A DNA stretch of 16,495 nucleotides from a virus: the UHGV virus genome UHGV-0357595. One strand, given 5' to 3'. Within the stretch, counting starts at the first letter, position 1; every line of letters starts with the position of its first letter. Of the stretch, positions 7,645 to 14,254 are shown one piece after another. Under the pieces are notes generated by a model. That model had not been told where the DNA came from and ran no database searches. It saw only the letters and a program-made list of their open reading frames with translations. The translations under genes were made by a program, and so were the position numbers.

Positions 7645-7711
7645 GCCCCAGTTAACATTACGCGTCCGGCAAGACGCTTAACATTAATCTGAGGCCAATT
7701 TCATGCTTTGC
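7645..7711 (-). ncRNA. candidate Sok-like antisense RNA of the hok locus
   Basis: Minus-strand promoter-like elements TTGCCT (complement of 7741-7746) and TAACCT (complement of 7718-7723), antisense to the hok leader; 3' end not resolved; placed by analogy with hok/sok loci. Confidence 0.3.
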
Positions 7712-7759
7712 ACATGTAGGTTAGCCTCTTACGTGCCGAAAGGCAAGGAGAAGCAGGCT

Positions 7760-7915
7760 ATGAAGCAGCAAAAGGCGATGTTAATCGCCCTGATCGTCAT
7801 CTGTTTAACCGTCATTGTGACGGCGCTGGTAACGAGGAAAGACCTCTGCGAGGTACGAATCCGAACCGGCCAGACGGAGGTCGCTGTCTTCACAGCTTAC
7901 GAACCTGAGGAGTAA
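7760..7915 (+). CDS. hok: Hok/Gef-family type I toxin (51 aa)
   Basis: Translation MKQQKAMLIALIVICLTVIVTALVTRKDLCEVRIRTGQTEVAVFTAYEPEE matches the Hok/Gef family (HokD/RelF-like as recalled); single transmembrane helix; an in-frame upstream ATG at 7703 would extend the frame to 70 codons. Confidence 0.85.
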   Translation: MKQQKAMLIALIVICLTVIVTALVTRKDLCEVRIRTGQTEVAVFTAYEPEE

Positions 7916-7984
7916 GAGACCAGGCGAGGGAGAAATCCCTCGCCACCTCTGATGAGTCAGGCATCCTCAACGCACCCGCGCTTA

Positions 7985-8005
7985 ACCCGTTTCGGCGGGT
8001 TTTTT
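7985..8005 (+). terminator. rho-independent terminator at the 3' end of the hok mRNA
   Basis: Stem ACCCG (7985-7989) / CGGGT (7996-8000) followed by TTTTT (8001-8005); an additional strong hairpin GGCGAGGGA / TCCCTCGCC lies at 7923-7944. Confidence 0.55.
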
Positions 8006-8190
8006 GTTGCGCGCTGAATACGCAGGGTGAAAAATAACCATATATTTGATTATATACACAACACAAAATAAAAGTCATTGCACCTGCACATTAAATAATC
8101 AAATATACGACGTGAAATAAATATTTTTTAGATTAATATTTTTGTCTCTATGTGGATATAACCGTTTGTACTTATAAACCTGGAGGCATC

Positions 8191-8403
8191 GTGGAAAAAA
8201 TAAAGAAACTATTTAGTAGCAAATATGCAGTCATACGTCGTGATGACCTGTCAGTTATAGTCGAAATGGATTACTTCCCTGAAACCAAAAAATCAATGAT
8301 GTATCGTAATGGTCGAAAGGCAATTTTTTTACCGATGAGGGTAAGTGACATTATGGGAAATGATAAACTGCAGGATGAATTGCGAGTCAGAGCATCCTGT
8401 TAG
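8191..8403 (+). CDS. hypothetical small protein (about 70 aa)
   Basis: GTG at 8191 with GGAGG (8182-8186) upstream; AT-rich coding sequence preceded by an AT-rich promoter-like region; no recognisable motif. Confidence 0.4.
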   Translation: MEKIKKLFSSKYAVIRRDDLSVIVEMDYFPETKKSMMYRNGRKAIFLPMRVSDIMGNDKLQDELRVRASC

Positions 8404-8474
8404 TATTGGCATTAATTCTGGTATACTACATAACGGGCTGAACACCCATTCTACTGCGCCAGCGGAGAACTACG

Positions 8475-9074
8475 ATGGCGCATATACAACTGGTCAAACA
8501 AACCTCTTCTGGATTACTTCTCCCGGCGACGCCGGAGAGTTGCGATTTTTTGCATCAAATCAAAATAGGTGAGTGGATACACGCGGACTTTAAGCGAGTG
8601 CGTAACTACGCGTTCCACAAGCGTTTTTTCAAACTCCTGCAACTGGGATTCGATTACTGGACTCCGAACGGTGGGGCGATCACGCCTCGCGAACGAGAAC
8701 TGGTGTCCGGTTTCGTTGATTTCCTGTGCGAATCAGTAGGTCGGGAACATACGCCAGCCCTGAGTGATGCCGCAGAGCAATACCTTAACACCGTTGCGAC
8801 TTGCAGAACCCGGGATACGGCCTTACTCAAGTCCTTTGACGCTTTTCGCGAATGGGTAACCATTCAGGCCGGATTTTACACCGAACATTTTTATCCGGAC
8901 GGTAGTCGTGGGCGCAGGGCAAAATCTATCGCATTTGCGAACATGGACGAAACCGAGTTTCAGCAGGTTTATAAATCTGTACTGAATGTGCTGTGGAACT
9001 GGATCCTGTTCCGTAAATTTTCCTCTCCGGAGGAAGTCGAAAATGTGGCCGCGCAGTTACTGGAGTTTGCGTAA
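8475..9074 (+). CDS. nin-region protein (possibly DUF1367-like)
   Basis: 199-aa ORF with GGAG upstream; sits between the replication module and Q as nin-region genes do; family is a tentative recollection. Confidence 0.6.
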   Translation: MAHIQLVKQTSSGLLLPATPESCDFLHQIKIGEWIHADFKRVRNYAFHKRFFKLLQLGFDYWTPNGGAITPRERELVSGFVDFLCESVGREHTPALSDAAEQYLNTVATCRTRDTALLKSFDAFREWVTIQAGFYTEHFYPDGSRGRRAKSIAFANMDETEFQQVYKSVLNVLWNWILFRKFSSPEEVENVAAQLLEFA

Positions 9075-9364
9075 TGGTGGATTTACGTAAAGCGGCTCGG
9101 GGGCAGATGTGCACCGTCAGAATTCCTGGCTACTGCAATCACAATCCCGAAACATCTGTGCTGGCGCATTACAGGCTGGCGGGGACGTGCGGAACAGCGA
9201 CAAAACCACACGATATGCAGGCAGCGATTGCCTGTAGCTCATGCCACGATTTAATCGACGGGCGGGTAAAAACCAGCGATTACACCAAAGAAGAATTACG
9301 CCTGATGCATGCAGAAGGTGTTTTTCGCACACAAGAAATCTGGAGAAAGGAAGGTTATTTATGA
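9074..9364 (+). CDS. Cys-rich nin-region protein (YbcO / DUF1364-like)
   Basis: 96-aa ORF whose start overlaps the upstream stop (TAATG); cysteine cluster (CNHNPETS ... CGT ... CSSCHD); resembles the DLP12 YbcO family as recalled. Confidence 0.55.
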   Translation: MVDLRKAARGQMCTVRIPGYCNHNPETSVLAHYRLAGTCGTATKPHDMQAAIACSSCHDLIDGRVKTSDYTKEELRLMHAEGVFRTQEIWRKEGYL

Positions 9365-9915
9365 TTTACCCAACAAATACAGGCAAAAGCGGGGAACACC
9401 TTCGTCTCACCACGCTGGAAAGTGTCTGGATTCAGGGAAAACTGCGCATGTGGGGGCGCTGGTCGTATATTGGCGGCGGTAAGACGGGAAATATGTTTAA
9501 CCAGTTGCTGACCTCTAAAAAGCTAACAAAAACGGCAATTAATGAGGCGCTCCGGAGGATGAAAAAAGCAGGTCTGGACAAACCTGAACTTGAGGCTTTT
9601 TTGCGGGATATGATCAACGGCAAGCAAAAAAGCTGGCTGGTGCATTGTACTGATGCAGAGGCGTTATGCATTGATCGGGTGATTAGTGAAGTGCTGGCAG
9701 AACACCCAGGATTGATTTGTATCCTCCGGCAAAGATATGAAGGGCGGGGGATGAGTAAGCGCAAAATGGCTGAATTGCTAAATGATGCACACCCTGAGTG
9801 GTGTTTTCGGACGTGCTGCAGTCGGGTAGATGTATGGCTAAATCTTGCTGAATATATGCTCTATCTGCCGATGCGTGATGCATTCTCTTCCGGGTATTTA
9901 AAAACTGTCTGTTGA
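9361..9915 (+). CDS. Q-like late antiterminator (putative)
   Basis: 184-aa ORF starting at ATG 9361 (overlaps the upstream stop, ATGA); its stop is embedded in a strong promoter followed by a terminator, and the lysis and packaging genes lie downstream; call rests mainly on position. Confidence 0.5.
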   Translation: MIYPTNTGKSGEHLRLTTLESVWIQGKLRMWGRWSYIGGGKTGNMFNQLLTSKKLTKTAINEALRRMKKAGLDKPELEAFLRDMINGKQKSWLVHCTDAEALCIDRVISEVLAEHPGLICILRQRYEGRGMSKRKMAELLNDAHPEWCFRTCCSRVDVWLNLAEYMLYLPMRDAFSSGYLKTVC

Positions 9916-9941
9916 CTCAATCTGTTATCCGGGGCTATATT
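9912..9941 (+). promoter_or_regulatory. PR'-like late promoter
   Basis: -35 TTGACT (9912-9917), 18-bp spacer, -10 TATATT (9936-9941); overlaps the stop codon of the Q-like gene. Confidence 0.55.
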
Positions 9942-10003
9942 CCTCACGCGCCAGCAAAATCTGGCGTCGGGATTAGGAACCCCGGATAGAGACCGCGACA
10001 GAC

Positions 10004-10025
10004 ACACGCCGCGAGCGTGTTTTTT
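10004..10025 (+). terminator. tR'-like rho-independent terminator
   Basis: Stem ACACGC (10004-10009) / GCGTGT (10015-10020) followed by TTTTT (10021-10025); about 60-70 nt downstream of the PR'-like promoter. Confidence 0.6.
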
Positions 10026-10188
10026 ATTGTCGTATGCACGCGCACATCTGAATTATGGTGGGGCGTATGGGGGAGCTGAAAAGCTCGCCGGTTGGTTTCC
10101 CGGTAGTTCCTAACCCTGTACGTCTCACCACCCGATGATTAGGAACCTGACGGTGGTGATGGTTTAGAAACCACCAGAGGGCGTCATT

Positions 10189-10770
10189 ATGACAACTCAA
10201 ATTTCTGTTGAAACTCTCTCCCCGATCACCCATAACCAGATTCCTGTTATTACCACCGAACTTTTGGCGCAGTTGTACGGTGCTGAAGTTAAGAACATTC
10301 AAAATAACTACGCCAGAAATGCTGAGCGCTTTATTGAAGGAAAGCATTTTTTCAAAGTGGCTGGCGATGCCCTGAAAAATTTGCGGGTAGCTTTAAACTA
10401 CTCACAAAATTTGCAACCATCTTTAAGAGGGTTACAAATTTCCCCGAAAGCCCGCTCCCTCATCCTCTGGACAGAACGCGGAGCAGCCCGTCATGCCAAA
10501 ATGCTCGAAACCGATCAGGCGTGGGATGTGTTCGAAAAGCTGGAAGACTGCTATTTCAGACAAAAGGATCCGTCAGCGCCAGTTTCATGCCAGAAAAGTT
10601 ACGACACGCGAGTTCTCTGTTATCAGCGAGGCGGTGTCACTGTTTCCACAATTCAGTTGCGGGATGATGATATTGTTATTTCCCTTGAGTCATGGCTGGA
10701 ACTGGCGAGAGCCAATGGTTGGTTTGTTGTTCGCAGAGATAAACTGGTGGAAAGGTTGATGCAGCTTTAA
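10189..10770 (+). CDS. ORF6N-domain protein (antirepressor-like)
   Basis: 193-aa ORF; N-terminal region with LAQLYG ... NYARNAERFIEGKHFFKV ... LWTERGAARHAKML ... AWDVFEKLEDCYF, which matches the ORF6N domain pattern as recalled; first gene after the tR'-like terminator. Confidence 0.65.
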   Translation: MTTQISVETLSPITHNQIPVITTELLAQLYGAEVKNIQNNYARNAERFIEGKHFFKVAGDALKNLRVALNYSQNLQPSLRGLQISPKARSLILWTERGAARHAKMLETDQAWDVFEKLEDCYFRQKDPSAPVSCQKSYDTRVLCYQRGGVTVSTIQLRDDDIVISLESWLELARANGWFVVRRDKLVERLMQL

Positions 10771-10865
10771 AAAAGTTCTTGCATTTTTGCACATAAACTG
10801 CTTCAATTCCGGTACGCTTCGCAAAGCTGTATCGCGAGGCGAATCAAGCGCATGAACTTTACCAG

Positions 10866-10893
10866 AACCCGCCATTGAGCGGGTTTTGTTGTT
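10866..10893 (+). terminator. rho-independent terminator after the ORF6N gene
   Basis: Stem AACCCGC (10866-10872) / GCGGGTT (10879-10885) with loop CATTGA, followed by a T-rich tract (TTGTTGTTT). Confidence 0.55.
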
Positions 10894-11003
10894 TCTGGTA
10901 CTGGCGAACCTGATGTTTCATTTCTGGAGCGCGATTCCTGGCGGAATACCTGGAATCGAGACATTCTGGTAAAATTGTTTTCAGTACAGGATGTGGAGGT
11001 GAG

Positions 11004-11573
11004 ATGAGAGAACTACCTAAAGATTATTTTTTAGGAGTAGATGATGAGCTCGTCGATTATCTTGAAAAACAAGGGGAAGAGACGATACGAGAGATTCATC
11101 TTTCTAACAAAACCAATGTTGAGAATGGATACAAACTTCTGAACATTCAGATTGTTGGAATTGGCTCATCTTTTTTATTGCTGACACAGAAAACTAATTT
11201 CGATTTTCTCACCGCTGGAATTACCACATTTACATTACTATGGACATGGTGCGCCATTTACTTGGTATGTACTGGTTTATCTGTGAAGGTTAGGGGCCTG
11301 ATCAATGCCCCTCCTGATCATCTATATCATGAAAAATATAAGGATATGGAGCCATCGAGCTTTAAAATATTCGCTGATGCAGGATATTTAGGACCTGATA
11401 AGTTATTGCCGCTTATACGAAGGTATCGCCTTGTTGACTTGAGTGATACAGCAAGAGAGTTACTGTTGGAAAATGAGAAAATCCGCACGAGTCTCGATAA
11501 AGCAAGGATGTATACCATCCTTGCTCCGGTAGCTGCGATGTTTATCTCGGCTGTTTTTTTATATGTTCAATGA
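11004..11573 (+). CDS. AT-rich membrane protein (moron; possible superinfection-exclusion or abortive-infection protein)
   Basis: 189-aa ORF; ATG at 11004 with GGAGG (10995-10999) upstream; hydrophobic segments IVGIGSSFLLL, ITTFTLLWTWCAIYLVCTGL and C-terminal ILAPVAAMFISAVFLYV; markedly AT-rich compared with neighbouring genes. Confidence 0.6.
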   Translation: MRELPKDYFLGVDDELVDYLEKQGEETIREIHLSNKTNVENGYKLLNIQIVGIGSSFLLLTQKTNFDFLTAGITTFTLLWTWCAIYLVCTGLSVKVRGLINAPPDHLYHEKYKDMEPSSFKIFADAGYLGPDKLLPLIRRYRLVDLSDTARELLLENEKIRTSLDKARMYTILAPVAAMFISAVFLYVQ

Positions 11574-11703
11574 CTGAGTCGGCAGAATCTCCAACAAAAA
11601 CACGACGTGTAGCAAAGTCTGCAGTACTTTGTGTTGGAGTTGGTTTTGGTGCCACGGGTTGCTGAGGTTTATTTTCACCTTGTGGCTTGTTTTTTTCAGA
11701 CAT
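11542..11703 (-). CDS. hypothetical small protein (53 aa), antisense-oriented within the late region
   Basis: Minus-strand ATG at 11703 with AGGA about 6 nt upstream; Pro/Gln-rich N-terminus; overlaps the 3' end of the membrane protein gene by 32 bp. Confidence 0.3.
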   Translation of the reverse strand: MSEKNKPQGENKPQQPVAPKPTPTQSTADFATRRVFVGDSADSVIEHIKKQPR

Positions 11704-11797
11704 AAAAATCCTCTTTGTTTGAATTGTTACTTTTGGCGATTTAACGATATCAAACACGAGTATATACCGCCAGAAGCTTAATCTGGCTCTCCATCTG

Positions 11798-11822
11798 GCC
11801 CCGGCATGTCCCGGGGCTTTTT
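11798..11822 (+). terminator. rho-independent terminator upstream of the holin gene
   Basis: Stem GCCCCGG (11798-11804) / CCGGGGC (11811-11817), loop CATGTC, followed by TTTTT (11818-11822). Confidence 0.6.
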
Positions 11823-11920
11823 CGTTGTTAGGCTCCGGAAACATCCTCGACTTCTTGTGAGCAAGCCTGAGAGCCTGAATCTTACACTTAGCACCATCCG
11901 AACTCTCGGAGGTGAGGCTT

Positions 11921-12262
11921 ATGAAAATGCACAATGCCCCTCATTCCTGGCCTGACTTACTGGAACTCTTACAAAGTTGGTGGCGTGGAGATACGCCGCT
12001 GGGCGCAGTGGTTATGTCAATTATTATGGCTGGTTTGCGCATTGCCTATTTTGGCGGTGGCGGCGGCTGGAAACGAAAAACGCTTGAGATTCTGCTTTGT
12101 GGTGCTCTGACGCTGACCTTTGCATCCGCGCTTGAGTATGTCGGATGGCCTAAATCACTTTCTGTTGCCATTGGTGGTGGGGTGGGGCTGATTGGTGTTG
12201 ATGCTATTCGTGGTGCGGCAATGAGGGTCATCGGTAACAAGTTCGGTGCCCATAAGGAGTAA
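11921..12262 (+). CDS. holin (class I-like) with dual-start motif
   Basis: ATG at 11921 with GGAGG (11908-11912) upstream; N-terminus MKM (with a further upstream in-frame GTG at 11912) resembles the holin/antiholin dual start of lambda S; Gly-rich hydrophobic segments; immediately upstream of the endolysin. Confidence 0.75.
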   Translation: MKMHNAPHSWPDLLELLQSWWRGDTPLGAVVMSIIMAGLRIAYFGGGGGWKRKTLEILLCGALTLTFASALEYVGWPKSLSVAIGGGVGLIGVDAIRGAAMRVIGNKFGAHKE

Positions 12263-12265
12263 TTA

Positions 12266-12742
12266 ATGCAGACACTGAATTCCCAGCGTAAAGCTTTCCT
12301 TGATATGGTTGCATGGTCAGAAGGAACAGATAACGGACGGCAGAAAACCAGAAATCACGGTTATGATGTTATTGTCGGTGGCGAACTGTTCACTGATTAC
12401 TCCGATCACCCCCGCAAACTTGTCACGCTAAATCCGAAACTCAAATCAACAGCCGCCGGACGTTACCAGCTTCTTTCTCGCTGGTGGGATGCCTACCGCA
12501 AGCAACTTGGCCTGAAAGATTTTTCCCCAGAAAGTCAGGATGCTGTAGCGCTGCAGCAGATTAAAGAGCGTGGTGCTTTACCGATGATTGACCGTGGCGA
12601 TATTCGTCAGGCAATCGACCGTTGCAGCAATATCTGGGCGTCGTTACCTGGTGCAGGTTACGGTCAGTATGAACATAGAATCGGTGATCTGATTTCCCGA
12701 TTTAAAGAAGCTGGTGGGGTGGTAAATGAAGCTGAGATATAA
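12266..12742 (+). CDS. R: endolysin, lambda R-like lytic transglycosylase
   Basis: 158-aa ORF; AAGGAG 6 nt upstream; translation (NSQRKAFLDMVAWSEGTDNGRQKTRNHGYDVIVGGELFTDYSDHPRKLV ...) closely matches lambda R as recalled. Confidence 0.9.
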   Translation: MQTLNSQRKAFLDMVAWSEGTDNGRQKTRNHGYDVIVGGELFTDYSDHPRKLVTLNPKLKSTAAGRYQLLSRWWDAYRKQLGLKDFSPESQDAVALQQIKERGALPMIDRGDIRQAIDRCSNIWASLPGAGYGQYEHRIGDLISRFKEAGGVVNEAEI

Positions 12743-13118
12743 GCTGGTTATTGTTGCCTTCTTTGTTACCGTCATCGGTTCTTTTATCTGGTCTGCCGGG
12801 CATTACTACAGCAAATATCAACACGAAAAGGAGCGTGCTGATGAGGCTGTACGAAATGCTGAATCTGCAACAGCCATTACCAGTAACGTCCTGCAATCAC
12901 TGCAAATCATCAATACAGTTATAGAGGCTAACCAGCATGCAAAACAGCAGATCGCACTGGAGTCACAGAGAACCCAGGAAGATATCAAAGTGGCTGTTGC
13001 GGATGATGATTGTGCTGTTCGTATCGTTCCTTCTGGCGCAGTTAAGCGGTTGCACGAATACGCGAACGGTATACGTGTCGGTGCCGGTCGTTCCGTTACC
13101 AGCCAGTCTGACGGATGA
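12726..13118 (+). CDS. Rz-like i-spanin
   Basis: 130-aa ORF overlapping the endolysin stop; N-terminal transmembrane helix LVIVAFFVTVIGSFIW; follows the endolysin as Rz does. Confidence 0.7.
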   Translation: MKLRYKLVIVAFFVTVIGSFIWSAGHYYSKYQHEKERADEAVRNAESATAITSNVLQSLQIINTVIEANQHAKQQIALESQRTQEDIKVAVADDDCAVRIVPSGAVKRLHEYANGIRVGAGRSVTSQSDG

Positions 13119-13281
13119 AACACCCCAGCCAGATTTACCCGACCCGTTTACGTGGGGAGCCAGCCTTAACCTGAATGTTGCGTTGTTGTCAGCGTTAGCA
13201 CAGTGCAACAGGGATAAGGCCGATATCAGGACTTTTGAGAAAAACAGGGCAGCACAAACCAATGGCACGATTAAACGTTGA
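13003..13281 (+). CDS. Rz1-like o-spanin (lipoprotein) in the +1 frame overlapping Rz
   Basis: Tandem ATG at 13003/13006; signal peptide MMIVLFVSFLLAQLSGC with lipobox LSGC; Pro-rich mature region; starts inside Rz and extends past its stop. Confidence 0.55.
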   Translation: MMIVLFVSFLLAQLSGCTNTRTVYVSVPVVPLPASLTDETPQPDLPDPFTWGASLNLNVALLSALAQCNRDKADIRTFEKNRAAQTNGTIKR

Positions 13282-13447
13282 AGTTATCCCACCAGACAGC
13301 GAAACGATGAACGGGATTTTTGCAGAGATTGAACGTAAATATGCGCATCAGCCGATGACGCAAAAAGTTATCGATGAAATGCAACGCGAAGCGGCGCGCC
13401 TTGTAAGGCGAGCGACAAACACGAAGGTTACGTTTGTTCGGGACTGA
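13262..13447 (+). CDS. hypothetical small protein (61 aa)
   Basis: ATG at 13262 in an open frame to 13447; no clear Shine-Dalgarno; overlaps the end of the Rz1-like gene. Confidence 0.35.
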   Translation: MARLNVEVIPPDSETMNGIFAEIERKYAHQPMTQKVIDEMQREAARLVRRATNTKVTFVRD

Positions 13448-13504
13448 CATTACAGAAGCTCCTTTGATAAGGGGCTTCGATAATGTCACTAAGAGGAAAA
13501 ATTC

Positions 13505-14254
13505 ATGGCAAAACCGGACTGGGAGGCCATCGAATCGGCATACCGGGCCGGAGTCCTTAGCCTCCGTGATATAGGCGAGAAATACGGCGTTACAGAAGGG
13601 GCTATCAGGAAGAGGGCCAAAAAGCTTGGTTGGGTACGCAGTGGCGGTACGCAGGTTTGCAAAAATGGTACGCAAAAAAGAAAAGTGCGTACCAGCAGAA
13701 AGCCTGCCATTACTGGCCTTACACAAAAAGGTACGCAACTAAAAACAGAACCTACACTGGATACGAAACCGATACGCGGAATGCGTACCGATCCCCCGAC
13801 TAACCCATTCCAACCCGGTAACCAACAGGCATTAAAACACGGTGGTTATGCCCGTCGCCTTCTGCTCAAAGATGAGGTGATAGAGGACGCTAAAGCGTTG
13901 ACGCTCGAGGACGAATTATTTCGCCTTCGTGCTAACAACCTTGTCGCTGCAGAGAATATCGGTCGGTGGCTGGTGTCGCTGGAAGATGCTAATGGGGACC
14001 AGGAAAGGAAGATGCTGATGGAAAATATCAGCGCCGCCGAGAAAGCAATGATGCGCAATACAGTTCGTATTGAGTCCATCGTTGGCACGCTTGCGACGGT
14101 AGGAAAAATATTTGCTGATACAGCCTACCGCAAAGCCGCCACTGATAAGGTGTCTCTGGAGGCTGATCGTCTTCGCCGTGATGCAGGTATTGATGATGGC
14201 AATGGAGAGCGTGACCTCAATGACTTCTATTCTGACATCCAAACCGACGCTTAA
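13505..14254 (+). CDS. terminase small subunit (putative)
   Basis: 249-aa ORF directly upstream of the large terminase; N-terminal HTH-like segment DIGEKYGVTEGAIRKRAKKLGW typical of small terminase subunits; purine-rich Shine-Dalgarno. Confidence 0.6.
   Translation: MAKPDWEAIESAYRAGVLSLRDIGEKYGVTEGAIRKRAKKLGWVRSGGTQVCKNGTQKRKVRTSRKPAITGLTQKGTQLKTEPTLDTKPIRGMRTDPPTNPFQPGNQQALKHGGYARRLLLKDEVIEDAKALTLEDELFRLRANNLVAAENIGRWLVSLEDANGDQERKMLMENISAAEKAMMRNTVRIESIVGTLATVGKIFADTAYRKAATDKVSLEADRLRRDAGIDDGNGERDLNDFYSDIQTDA

Noticed and set aside
7703-7759. Upstream in-frame extension of hok (70-codon ORF from ATG 7703)
   Set aside because: Not annotated as the toxin start: the Hok family protein is about 50 aa and begins at the MKQQK methionine (7760). 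The extension may be a leader reading frame but I cannot confirm that from sequence alone.
9916-10188. Possible tRNA genes between Q and the late genes, as seen in some lambdoid phages
   Set aside because: No T-loop consensus (GGTTCGAATCC-like) or cloverleaf-compatible arrangement was found on either strand; the structures present are better explained as a promoter, a terminator and a leader hairpin.
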